From: Verrucomicrobiaceae bacterium | GTDB lineage: Bacteria; Verrucomicrobiota; Verrucomicrobiia; Verrucomicrobiales; Akkermansiaceae | Length of the DNA: 64,000 bases | NCBI GenBank assembly: GCA_051252135.1 | Contig: JBPOGH010000002.1 | Coordinates: 224,001 to 288,000 of the forward strand | Direction: 5' to 3' | Shown here: positions 18,572 to 27,763 of the stretch, piece by piece | How positions within the stretch are numbered: the first letter of the stretch is position 1 | How the letters are laid out: every line of letters starts with the position of its first letter | Notes under the pieces: generated by a model | The model's input: the letters and a program-made list of their open reading frames with translations, nothing else | Told to the model about the DNA's origin: nothing | Databases searched by the model: none | Position numbers and translations under genes: made by a program

Positions 18572-20214
18572 GCCGGCGGGAGTTTGTCGGCGAAGTGATC
18601 GGGACATTTATCTTGGTCTTCTTCGGGCTGGGGAGTGTGGCGGTGGAGGTGGCGACCGAGGTGTCGCTGGGGCTGCCGGTGATTGCGTTGATTTGGGGGG
18701 CGGCGGTGGCGGTGGCGATTTATGCGGTGGGGCCGATGAGCGGGGCGCACTTGAATCCATCGATTACGCTGGCGTTCGCGTGTTGGACGCCTTTTCCGTG
18801 GGCGAAGGTGCCGGGGCATGTGGTGGCGCAGTTTGTGGGGGCGATGTTGGGGGCGCTGGCGGTTTACGGGTGCTTTGGGGGAGCGATCGGGGAGTTTGAG
18901 AAGGCGGGCGGGATTGTGAGGGGGGAGGCGGGGAGTGAGGTGAGCGGGAAGATTTTTGGGGAGTATTTTGGTGAGGCATCCTTGGTGAAGGCGATGATTT
19001 GGGAGGGGTCGGGGACCTTCTTGTTGGCCTTCGGGGTCTTTTGGCTGATCAAGGTGACGAGGGAGCCAAGGGCGTGGGGCATTGAAAAATTCCTCCCGGT
19101 GATGATTGGGCTTTGGTTGGCCTTGTTGATTTGGCTGGTGGCGCCGGTGACGCAGGCGGGGTTCAATCCGGCGCGGGATTTGGGCCCTCGTTTGGTTTCG
19201 GCGATTTTGGGTTGGGGAAGTTGGGCGTTTGAGGCGAATGGCTGGGGGTGGTTTTGGGTCTATGTGGTGGCTCCGGTGGTTGGGGGATTATTGGGAGGGG
19301 CTTGTTGCCGGTGGAGGAAGGGGTTGGGGGGGCAGGCTGTTTCGGTGGTGGTTGGGTTTTCGCTTCTGTGGTTTTCGGTGGTGCGTCTTTCGGCTCCGGC
19401 GAGGAAAATTGAAATGGAGGGAGGAGGCCATACGCGGGTGGAAGAATCGGTGAGGATTGGGATTTTTAACATCGCGCATGGTCGAGGTGCGGAGGAGGGG
19501 CTCACGAATTGGGAGGGGGGACCTGAAGAGGAGCGACGGGAGCGGATGAAGGAGATCGGGCGGTTGTTGAAGGCGCAGAATCTGGATGTGATTGTGCTGA
19601 ATGAAGTGGATTTCAATTGCACCTGGAGTCACGGGGTTGACCAGGCCGGATTCCTTGCGGGGGAGTTGGGGATGGATGCGGTTCTTCGTCAGCGGAACTA
19701 TGACAGCGGGGTGCCGTTCTTCTCGTGGGAATTTGGGAACGCGGTTTTGAGTCGATATGCGCTGAGGGATGCCGAGTTGGTTTCCTATCCGGTGGTACGA
19801 TGGTGGGAGCCGGTTCTGATGGGGAAGAAAGAGGGGGTGAGGGTGAGAGTCGGCCAGGACTTTGATTTGATGGCGGTGCATCTGGAGACCCGGGACGCGG
19901 GCGTGAGGCGGGATTCTTTGAAGCAGCTTCTGAAGGCGGCGTCCGGGAACTCCGTGCTGGCGGGGGACTTTAACGCAGAGCTTGGCGGGAGTGGGGAAAC
20001 GGCGATTGATCTTGTGAGAGCTGATGGTCGCTGGCAGGCGGCCGGTGGGTGGGAGAATGGGGAAATGTTTCGTAGCTATCCGGCGAGGAATCCTCGCTTG
20101 CGGATTGATTGGATTTTTGTGCCCAAGGATTGGGAGCAGTTGGGCGTGGAGGTGATTGCGACGGAGTTGTCAGATCACGCGCTCTTGGTTTCGGAGTGGC
20201 GGGTGGCCAGGTAG
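18559..20214 (+). CDS. Aquaglyceroporin (MIP) fused to endonuclease/exonuclease/phosphatase (EEP) domain
   Basis: N-terminal half: EVIGTF, SGAHLNPS, GFNPARDLGPR; C-terminal half: FNIAHG, LNEVD, VHLE, AGDFNA, RIDWIF, SDH; single open frame. Confidence 0.85.
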   Translation: MEKVSRREFVGEVIGTFILVFFGLGSVAVEVATEVSLGLPVIALIWGAAVAVAIYAVGPMSGAHLNPSITLAFACWTPFPWAKVPGHVVAQFVGAMLGALAVYGCFGGAIGEFEKAGGIVRGEAGSEVSGKIFGEYFGEASLVKAMIWEGSGTFLLAFGVFWLIKVTREPRAWGIEKFLPVMIGLWLALLIWLVAPVTQAGFNPARDLGPRLVSAILGWGSWAFEANGWGWFWVYVVAPVVGGLLGGACCRWRKGLGGQAVSVVVGFSLLWFSVVRLSAPARKIEMEGGGHTRVEESVRIGIFNIAHGRGAEEGLTNWEGGPEEERRERMKEIGRLLKAQNLDVIVLNEVDFNCTWSHGVDQAGFLAGELGMDAVLRQRNYDSGVPFFSWEFGNAVLSRYALRDAELVSYPVVRWWEPVLMGKKEGVRVRVGQDFDLMAVHLETRDAGVRRDSLKQLLKAASGNSVLAGDFNAELGGSGETAIDLVRADGRWQAAGGWENGEMFRSYPARNPRLRIDWIFVPKDWEQLGVEVIATELSDHALLVSEWRVAR

Positions 20215-20301
20215 GGTTCGACGGTTCTTCTGGAAGCGGGTTAAATTTCCTACGTTCTTTTTTGATGAATCGGGAATGATTTATCAGATTGGAATTTGGT
20301 T

Positions 20302-21051
20302 ATGACATCACCTCCTCGAATTTTGGTCGTCTTGGGCGTTTTATGTATGGGCTTTGGTGCCGGGAGTTTGGTGGAGATGATTTTGGGGCTGACTCAGGAT
20401 CGGTTCATGCTGAATGCCGGGGTCTTTCTGATTCCGGTGGGGTATGGGGTATTGATTGGGCGGGAATCTTCGTTGGGGTGGTTGAAGATTTGGCATGGGA
20501 TCGGGTTGATCTCCTGTATTCTTGGTTTGTGTTTGGTGCTTTTTAAGGCGGCGGACTGGAAGATCGGCGTTTTAGCGGTTTGCTTGGCAGGTGGCTTTTG
20601 TTGGTCGCTTCGTGAGATCAGGACGAGGTCGGTAAAAACTTGGTTTGCGGATGGTGAGGCGGATGAGGCGTTGATGAAAGGGGTCCGGATCGGGGCGGTG
20701 ATTTTAGGAGTGGTTCCTGCGCTGTTGATTTATTTCCACGAGAGGAAGATCGAGGAGGCATTTTACATCAACACCCGGGTGTCGATGGTTGATGAAGTGA
20801 CGGGAGAATTTTTGAACCATGTTGAGACAAGCGGGAGTCGGGGAAAGGATGAACGGGTTACAATGAGAACCAGTTCGAGAAGCGAACCACATGGTCTTGA
20901 GGTGGATTTCCGGGGAATCGTTTTCGAACCCTATGAGGTCAGTTTGGGTTCAAGGGGATATGAGCCCCAGACAATCGTCCTCGATGAGGATTCCAAGGAG
21001 AAGATGATCCTCAGGATGACTCCTCTTCGCTCAGAATCTGATACGGAGTGA
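20302..21051 (+). CDS. Hypothetical membrane protein (about 5 TM plus C-terminal soluble domain)
   Basis: Hydrophobic segments in the N-terminal half; ATG 20302. Confidence 0.65.
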   Translation: MTSPPRILVVLGVLCMGFGAGSLVEMILGLTQDRFMLNAGVFLIPVGYGVLIGRESSLGWLKIWHGIGLISCILGLCLVLFKAADWKIGVLAVCLAGGFCWSLREIRTRSVKTWFADGEADEALMKGVRIGAVILGVVPALLIYFHERKIEEAFYINTRVSMVDEVTGEFLNHVETSGSRGKDERVTMRTSSRSEPHGLEVDFRGIVFEPYEVSLGSRGYEPQTIVLDEDSKEKMILRMTPLRSESDTE

Positions 21052-21177
21052 GGAAGCTTTATGCGAGCGGGGTCGGCCCGTTTCCGGGTTTCCATTTGAT
21101 GCGGCAACGCCCGCCGGGTTCGCCTTTTCCGGGAGGGAGAGGAGGAGGTAGGTTTCCCGTGTTGCTTCCGGCCCGGG

Positions 21178-21825
21178 TTAGAGAGGTTTCTTTTTGGAGA
21201 CGGTGATGTGGGGGGGGCGGAGGTAGTAGGCTTCGGGAGGGATGGCCAAGAGGGCGGCTTGTTGGTCGACGGATCGTTTTTCCCAGGCCTGGAGGAGGGT
21301 TTCGGCGGTGGGGGTGACTTGGGTGACGGGTTGACCGGTGAGGCGGAGTCGGGCGAGGGGTTCGAAGGTGCCGATGGGGCCGTTGAGTTGGTCGAGGCGG
21401 GTGAGGAATTTTTGGTGGTCGAGGAGTTCGGGTTCGGCTCCGACGGGCATGATGAAGAAGGAGTCACGGCGGGCGTCGCCGACGGCCCATTGGAGGTCAG
21501 GGACGCCCTCGAAGGAGCAGAGTCCGGCGACGCCGCAGTGGTGGACCTGGGCGATGGCTTGGGCGGAGGCGATGCCGACACGGGCGCCATTGTAGCTGCC
21601 GGGGCCGGTGCCGACGATGATGGCGGAGAGGGTTTGGCCGGTGGGAAGCTGGCCTAAGATCTGCTCTAGGGGGGCGAAGAGGTCGACCTCCTGTGATCGT
21701 TCACTGGTGAACTCTGCGCGGGCTGAAATGACGCCATTACAGGCCAGTGCGAGGGTTGCTTGGGGGACGCTTGTCTCCATGGCGAGGGTCCATTGATGTT
21801 CCACGATTGGGAGGTTGTCAGACAC
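21178..21825 (-). CDS. tsaB: tRNA threonylcarbamoyladenosine biosynthesis protein TsaB
   Basis: LAMETS, VGTGPGSYNGARVG, DARR, C-terminal YLRPP. Confidence 0.9.
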   Translation of the reverse strand: MSDNLPIVEHQWTLAMETSVPQATLALACNGVISARAEFTSERSQEVDLFAPLEQILGQLPTGQTLSAIIVGTGPGSYNGARVGIASAQAIAQVHHCGVAGLCSFEGVPDLQWAVGDARRDSFFIMPVGAEPELLDHQKFLTRLDQLNGPIGTFEPLARLRLTGQPVTQVTPTAETLLQAWEKRSVDQQAALLAIPPEAYYLRPPHITVSKKKPL

Positions 21826-21871
21826 TTCACTTAGGCTAAATAAAAAAACTCTCTCCTTGTGAGAGAAACCC

Positions 21872-21900
21872 TTGCGCCGGTTCTGTCGCCGCCGTATCCC
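21872..21900 (+). promoter_or_regulatory. Putative promoter of citrate synthase
   Basis: TTGCGC-N17-TATCCC; same layout as upstream of tRNA-Gly. Confidence 0.45.
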
Positions 21901-21943
21901 TAGCCAGTCAAATTTTCTCTCTTAGCACACGATTTTTATTACC

Positions 21944-23074
21944 ATGTCTGATTACGCCAAAGGTCTCGAAGGAGTCATCGCCAATGAATCCGCACTTTCT
22001 AATGTCGAAGGCAAGGAAGGCCGGCTCTCTTACCTGGGCTACCACATCGATGATCTGGTTGAGAACTGCACCTTCGAGGAGGTGACGCATCTGTTGCACC
22101 GTGGCAAGTTGCCGAATGCGCAGGAGTTGGCTGATTTTGAAAAGGCGCTGCGTAATGATCGTGCGATTCCGCAGGGGGTGATTGATTTTCTTTTGGCGGC
22201 TCCGAAGGATGCGAATCCGATGGACGTGCTGCGGACGGCGGTGTCGATGCTGGGTCTTTATGACAAGCGGGCGAAGGTGGGTGAGCCCGATCAGGAGGCG
22301 AATCGTCAGGTTGCTCTTTCGCTGGTGGCGCAGACTCCGGTGATTGTGGCCTATTACCACCGGGCGCGTCAGGGTCTGGAGCTGCTGCCGGTGCGCAGTG
22401 ATCTTTCCGAGGCGGCGCATTTTCTTTATCTGATGTCGGGCGAGGAGCCCTCAGAGGCGGCGACGCGGACGCTGGACATCGCTTACACCTTGCATGCGGA
22501 TCACGGGATGAACGCATCGACCTTTTCGGCACGGGTGACGATTGCGACGCTTTCCGATTTTTACTCTGCGATGACTTCGGCGATCGGGACGCTCAAGGGA
22601 CCGCTGCACGGGGGTGCGAACGAGGGGGTGATCAAGATGCTCAAGAAGATCGGCGATCTTGAAAAAGTGGATGCTTATGTGGAGGACTGCCTGGCGAACA
22701 AGAAGAAGATCATGGGCATTGGTCACCGGGTCTACAAGGTGCTCGATCCCCGCGCGCCGCATCTTCAGAAGATGGCAATCAAGTTGACCGAGGAGCTCGG
22801 CGAGGCGAAGTGGATCAAGATGTCCGAGCGGATTGCGACGATGATGCGCGAGAAGAAGGGCCTGAATGCGAATGTGGATTTCTACTCGGCCACGGTTTAT
22901 TATTCTCTGGGAATTCCGACTGATTTGTTCACGCCGATTTTTGCGATTGCGCGGATGTCGGGCTGGACGGCGCAGGTGCTGGAGCAGCTCAATGACAGTC
23001 GCCTCTATCGTCCGTTGACGAAGTATGTGGGTCCTGCGGAGCTTTCGCCCGTGCCGCCGATTGGCGAGCGCTAG
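21944..23074 (+). CDS. gltA: Citrate synthase (short type; citrate/2-methylcitrate synthase family)
   Basis: AKGLEGV, HADHGMNAST, GPLHGGANE, GIGHRVY, NVDFYS. Confidence 0.92.
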   Translation: MSDYAKGLEGVIANESALSNVEGKEGRLSYLGYHIDDLVENCTFEEVTHLLHRGKLPNAQELADFEKALRNDRAIPQGVIDFLLAAPKDANPMDVLRTAVSMLGLYDKRAKVGEPDQEANRQVALSLVAQTPVIVAYYHRARQGLELLPVRSDLSEAAHFLYLMSGEEPSEAATRTLDIAYTLHADHGMNASTFSARVTIATLSDFYSAMTSAIGTLKGPLHGGANEGVIKMLKKIGDLEKVDAYVEDCLANKKKIMGIGHRVYKVLDPRAPHLQKMAIKLTEELGEAKWIKMSERIATMMREKKGLNANVDFYSATVYYSLGIPTDLFTPIFAIARMSGWTAQVLEQLNDSRLYRPLTKYVGPAELSPVPPIGER

Positions 23075-23077
23075 ACT

Positions 23078-23569
23078 GTGATGGAAATCACGGCGCGGAA
23101 CAAATTTGATGCGGCGGTGCTGAAGCTCGGTTCCGAGTTGCATGTGAGGTATCGGCACCGGATTTTTGTGATCCTGAGGTATGTGTATTTGCTGCTGATT
23201 CCGCTGGGGATTTATTTGTTGCTGCACGGTGACGAGCAGTTTGGGACGGTGTTTATTTTCATCGCTCCGATTTTATTTTTGCGGAAGTATTTTTGGCAGT
23301 ATCGGCTGATCAAGGGGGCGAAGGTCTCACCGCATGCGAAGCATGAACTGACGACGGTGTTTCATGATGAGGGGTTGCACCAGACCTCGAAGCTTCACGA
23401 TGTGGAGATGAAGTGGGGGAGCTTTTGTGATCGGCTTTTGTCACCGAAGGCGATCCTGCTGTATCCGCAGAAGCACCAGTATTTGATTTTTCCGCGAAGC
23501 GCGTTTGCGACGCAGGAGGATTTTGACGAGGTGTCGAAGATGGTGAGGGAGAAGGTCGCGGCTCTGTAG
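23078..23569 (+). CDS. YcxB-like membrane protein
   Basis: Two TM helices, then MKW..LLYP..IFPRSAF pattern. Confidence 0.7.
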   Translation: MMEITARNKFDAAVLKLGSELHVRYRHRIFVILRYVYLLLIPLGIYLLLHGDEQFGTVFIFIAPILFLRKYFWQYRLIKGAKVSPHAKHELTTVFHDEGLHQTSKLHDVEMKWGSFCDRLLSPKAILLYPQKHQYLIFPRSAFATQEDFDEVSKMVREKVAAL

Positions 23570-23586
23570 GCTTGGGTTCCGGTGAA

Positions 23587-23616
23587 TTAACCGCAGATGG
23601 ACAGGATGAAGGGGAT
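23587..23616 (+). repeat. Short degenerate 9-10-nt periodic repeat (REP-like)
   Basis: TTAACCGCAGAT-GGACAGGAT-GAAGGGGAT between convergent genes. Confidence 0.4.
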
Positions 23617-23663
23617 GGGTTGAGGGGGGCGCTCAACTTAACGAAGGCCTCTGCGATGACGGG

Positions 23664-24404
23664 TCATGGGCCGGAGGTGCCTGATGGGGTGATGAGGGGG
23701 CAGACGCGGGGGTCGGTGAAGTCCGGGAGGCCGTTGATTTTACGAACGAGGCGTTCGTTGACGTGGGAGAATTTTCCGGCCTGGTGGTAGCGGAGGTCGG
23801 AGGAGGCGAAGTGGGCGGCGAGGGCGCGGCGGGGTGTCTCGCTGAAGTTCGGCGGGTTGCCGTGGAGGGTTTGGGAGGGGAAGATGACGAGGTCTCCCAT
23901 TTGGAGTGCCATGCGCTTGTGGTCGTCCTTTGAGCGGCCGGTGGGGACGATGGTGATGGGGCCCATGTCGTGGGTGAAGTCACAGAGGGGAATCCAGGCG
24001 GTGGCCATGATGGAGGCCTGGCAGGTGAGCCAGCGTGAGTTCTCGCGGTGCCAGTGGTATTTGATTTCTCCGGCGGGGCGTGGTTCGTCGTAGAGGAGTT
24101 GGTCGTGCCAGAAGCGGATGGCGGGCATGCCGGTGGTTTCCGAGACGAGTTGGGCGAGGCGGCCATCGCGGAGTAGGGAGGCGATGGGGGACTGGAAGAA
24201 GGAGGCGTAGGGGTGCTTGCGGGTGCGGGCGCGGCAGGTGCGCGGAGCGGGCCAATCGAAGGCGGGGGAGGAGTCGGTCTCGCCGCGGTAGTAGGCGTCT
24301 TGAGCGGCAGCGACGGCGGTGATTTCCTGCCGGGAGAAGAATCCACGCACGATGGCGTAGCCTTCCTGGGTTAGGAATTCACGGCGTCTCTCCGGCGGGC
24401 GCAT
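23664..24404 (-). CDS. Phytanoyl-CoA dioxygenase (PhyH) family Fe(II)/2-oxoglutarate dioxygenase
   Basis: QEGYAIVRG, WHRE, TAWIPL..GPI.IVP, GDLVIF..TLHG..PN..PRRA. Confidence 0.82.
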   Translation of the reverse strand: MRPPERRREFLTQEGYAIVRGFFSRQEITAVAAAQDAYYRGETDSSPAFDWPAPRTCRARTRKHPYASFFQSPIASLLRDGRLAQLVSETTGMPAIRFWHDQLLYDEPRPAGEIKYHWHRENSRWLTCQASIMATAWIPLCDFTHDMGPITIVPTGRSKDDHKRMALQMGDLVIFPSQTLHGNPPNFSETPRRALAAHFASSDLRYHQAGKFSHVNERLVRKINGLPDFTDPRVCPLITPSGTSGP

Positions 24405-24455
24405 GCAGACGGCTAATCGCGGAGAGGCAAAAAGGCAATCGTAAGTCGGCGCGTT

Positions 24456-25133
24456 TTAAGGCTCGGGGGTCTCGAACTCGCGAATCTTGGCAGCGGCGTT
24501 TGCGGCGTAGCGGGAGTTGGGGAGTTGCTTGACGATCTTATCGAGGATCATGATGGCCTGAATGTGATCGGAGAAGTCCTTTTCGTAGATCTCGGCGATG
24601 TAGAAGAGGATGTCGGTCTTTTGGCGATCCGGCCAATCCCGGGAGTCGAGGGCAATCTTGAGTCCATCGATGGCCTGACGGGGTTTGTCGAGGTGCTTGC
24701 GCTGGATTTTGGCGATTTCGAGGTGATAGGAGCTGTTATCGTGATCCCGTTTGATGAGTTCGCGGTAATTTGCGATGGCCTGGGTGTAGTCGCCATCGGC
24801 ACATTCCTTTTTCGCGTTGGCGAGGAGGTCGTCCGATTCGAGATTATGTGGCTCGTAGACTCCGTCCGACATTTGCTCGGCAAACCAGGGGAAGGCGAAG
24901 TGGTAGGCGAGGTAGGAGGCGTAGAGGAGGGTGATGACGAGAGGGATGGCGGTGGCGCCGATATTGCTCAGGAGGTCATCGGTTTGCGTGCCGTAGTCCT
25001 CGAGCATGGCGTAGTCGTCATCCTTGTATTCCTCGACCGCTTCGGAAGGGCTGGAGCTGACATAATAGATGATGGCGGTGATGCACACCATGACGGCCAG
25101 TATGCGGAGATGAATTTTGATATTCCTGTCCAT
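24456..25133 (-). CDS. Membrane-anchored TPR protein
   Basis: Two TM segments, then TPR-like helices (GDYTQAIANY, LFYIAEIY, PNSRYA). Confidence 0.75.
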   Translation of the reverse strand: MDRNIKIHLRILAVMVCITAIIYYVSSSPSEAVEEYKDDDYAMLEDYGTQTDDLLSNIGATAIPLVITLLYASYLAYHFAFPWFAEQMSDGVYEPHNLESDDLLANAKKECADGDYTQAIANYRELIKRDHDNSSYHLEIAKIQRKHLDKPRQAIDGLKIALDSRDWPDRQKTDILFYIAEIYEKDFSDHIQAIMILDKIVKQLPNSRYAANAAAKIREFETPEP

Positions 25134-25227
25134 GGGGTTACTTTAACCCTACGCAAATTGGAGAGTTGTGGAAAGAATTGAATTCCGAAGCTTCGCAAAT
25201 GAAGGAGGGTGATGGAGCCGAATTGAT

Positions 25228-27012
25228 CTAAGCGTCTCTGAGTTTTTTACGCAGGACATCGCTGGTGATGTCTCCGGCGATGACGGCGGCGGCACCGAGG
25301 AGGGCGAAGTAGAGGATTTCGTCGTATTGGAGAAAGCTCTTCCGGATGGAGATGTAGTAGCCGAGGGAGCTGATGCCGAGCATGCCGAGGACGGTGGCTT
25401 CACGCATGCAGGATTCCCAACGGTAGAAGAAGAAGAGGATGAAGCGGTTGAGCGACATGGGGAGGAGGGCCCCGGTGAAGGCCTGGAGGCGGCCGCCGCC
25501 GAGGCGGAGGATTTCGCGGGGGGCGGAGGTGGGGCGGTTTTCGACGACTTCCCCCCAGAGGCGGCCGAGGATGCCGATGTTGTGAAGGGCGAGGGCGAAG
25601 ACGAGGGGCCAGGCGCTGGGGCCGAGGATGCCGACGAGGAGGAAGGCGTAGAGGTATTCGGGGACGGCGCGGGTGAGGACGAAGAAGCCGCGGACGGTGG
25701 AACCGAGAAGGGAGCGGAGTTTTCCGGTGGCCATGGTGAGGCCGAGGGGGTGTGGGGTGGCGAGGGTGCGGGTGGCCCAGGGGACGAGGAGGAGGGCGGC
25801 GGTGCCGGCGAGGATGATGGCGGCGATGGACATCGCGATGGTGTTGCCGAGGGCTTCGGCTCCGGGTTTTTCCCAGAGGTTGGTGATCCAGGGGAGGAGT
25901 TGGTCGGATCCGGCGTGCCAGGCGGCGGATCGTTCTTCCCAGGTGGGAACGTGTTGTGAGGGGGCGACGGGTTCAGGAGTGAGTTGGGCGAGGAAGCGGG
26001 AGAGGCGTTCGACGCGTTGACCTTCGATGCTGAATTTGAGGAGGGTGTCTCCGAGACTCCAGGAGAGGAGGATGGAGAGGAGAGCGGTGAGAGTGAGGGA
26101 GCGGACGAGGTGGTCTTTGGGGCGGGTTTTGCGGAGTTGGGGTTCGGTGGTGGCGGGGGTGGTGCGGGGGCGGCCGATGCGGAGGCGCTTGCGGACGAGG
26201 TTTCCGGTGGCCTCGACGGCGACGACGAGGAAGACGAGGACGTAGAGTTGGGTCCAGACTTCGCCGTAGTAGATGTTTTCAAAGGAGCGGCGGATGCCGA
26301 GGCCGATGGTCTCGATACCGATGAAGCCGAGGACGGCGGAGGAGCGGATGCAGCACTCGAAGCGGTAGAGGGTGTAGCTGATCATGTCCGGCAGGGCGGC
26401 GGGGAGGATGCCTCCGAGGAAGGCCTGGGCTCCGCTGCCACCGGAGGCGGCGATGACATCGCGTGCGGAGCGGTGTTGTTCGTCGATGAGTTCGGAGAAG
26501 ACCTTGCCGAGGATGGCGGCGGCGGGGATGCCGAGGGCAAGGCAGGCGGTGATGGGGGAGTCTCCTACGGCGGCGAGAAAGAGGAGGGCCCAGATGAGCT
26601 CGTGGATGGCGCGGAAGAAGGAGAGGGTGACGCGGAGGCCCCAGCGGAGGGCGTTGAAGAAGGGGCGGGTGCGATTTTTGGGAAGCCATTGTTCCGAGGC
26701 GAAGAGGCCGAGCAGGAAGCCGATGGGGATGGCCATGGACATGGCGATGATGGCGTAGCGGAGGGTGCGGATGAGGTCGGCCGCCATGCGCTCAAGGAAG
26801 GGCGTGGCGTCGGCGGGGAGGCTGGGGTTTTGGTCGGTGAAGGAGGGGGAGACGGCGGCGCTGAAGAAGCGGCTGGAGGCAGCCCAGGGATCGGCGGCAT
26901 CGGTGAGGTTAACGATTTGGGTGCCGAGTCTGGTGAGGGTCCAGAAGGAAAGGAGGGCGAGGATGACGAGGAGCCATCGTCGCCCGAAGATCATCCGCCA
27001 CGCGCCTTTCAT
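25228..27012 (-). CDS. PhnE/PtxC-family ABC permease, tandem-duplicated (two TMDs in one chain)
   Basis: Two repeats: RAIHELIWA..YRFECCIRSSAVLGFIG and RAVPEYLYA..YRWESCMREATVLGMLG. Confidence 0.88.
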   Translation of the reverse strand: MKGAWRMIFGRRWLLVILALLSFWTLTRLGTQIVNLTDAADPWAASSRFFSAAVSPSFTDQNPSLPADATPFLERMAADLIRTLRYAIIAMSMAIPIGFLLGLFASEQWLPKNRTRPFFNALRWGLRVTLSFFRAIHELIWALLFLAAVGDSPITACLALGIPAAAILGKVFSELIDEQHRSARDVIAASGGSGAQAFLGGILPAALPDMISYTLYRFECCIRSSAVLGFIGIETIGLGIRRSFENIYYGEVWTQLYVLVFLVVAVEATGNLVRKRLRIGRPRTTPATTEPQLRKTRPKDHLVRSLTLTALLSILLSWSLGDTLLKFSIEGQRVERLSRFLAQLTPEPVAPSQHVPTWEERSAAWHAGSDQLLPWITNLWEKPGAEALGNTIAMSIAAIILAGTAALLLVPWATRTLATPHPLGLTMATGKLRSLLGSTVRGFFVLTRAVPEYLYAFLLVGILGPSAWPLVFALALHNIGILGRLWGEVVENRPTSAPREILRLGGGRLQAFTGALLPMSLNRFILFFFYRWESCMREATVLGMLGISSLGYYISIRKSFLQYDEILYFALLGAAAVIAGDITSDVLRKKLRDA

Positions 27013-27743
27013 GACTGGTAGAGGTCGGCGATTTGTTGGTCGGTGGGTTGGCCGTCGAAGACGATGTGTCCTTCCCTGAGTCCGATGAGGCGGGGGAAGA
27101 ACTCGCGGGCAAGCTCGACCTGGTGGAGTGAGACGATGAGGGAGAGGCCTTGTTCATCGGAGAGAGAGGTGAGGAGCTCGAGGACGTCGCGGGCGCGGGC
27201 GGGATCGACGGCGCTGAGGGGTTCGTCTGCGAGGAGGATTTCGGCTCCTTGAAAGAGGGTGCGGGCGAGGGCGACGCGTTGTTGTTGTCCGCCGGAGAGG
27301 GAGTCGGTGCGGTCGTACATTTTCCCGGCGATATCGAGGCGGGAGAGGGAGTCGAAGATTTCCCGGCGATCGGCTTGGGAGGGGAGGAAGAGGTCGCGGC
27401 AGGTGCGGAGGAAGGAGCGGGAGCCGGAGCGTCCGAGGACGATGTTTTGGAGGACGCGGAGGTTGGCGACGAGGCCAAGGTCCTGGGGGAGCATGCCGAT
27501 ACGGCTGCGTGTGGTACGAAGTTCTTCCGATTTGGCGGAAGTGAGATCACACCCGAGGGTGGAGACCTGGCCGGAGCTGGGTGCTTCCTGCAGGCCGAGG
27601 AGGCGCAGGAGGGTGGTCTTGCCGCTGCCGGAGGGGCCGATGAGGGCAACCTTTTCACCGGGTTGCAAAGAGAGTGAGACCCCGGCCAAGGCCGAGGTCG
27701 CACCGTAACGCCGGGTGGCGTCTTTGATTTCAATTAGGCTCAT
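27009..27743 (-). CDS. PhnC-like ABC ATP-binding protein
   Basis: [38 protein letters not shown] 27743. Confidence 0.9.
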   Translation of the reverse strand: MSLIEIKDATRRYGATSALAGVSLSLQPGEKVALIGPSGSGKTTLLRLLGLQEAPSSGQVSTLGCDLTSAKSEELRTTRSRIGMLPQDLGLVANLRVLQNIVLGRSGSRSFLRTCRDLFLPSQADRREIFDSLSRLDIAGKMYDRTDSLSGGQQQRVALARTLFQGAEILLADEPLSAVDPARARDVLELLTSLSDEQGLSLIVSLHQVELAREFFPRLIGLREGHIVFDGQPTDQQIADLYQS

Positions 27744-27763
27744 AGGGCCCAATGGGAAGGGAG

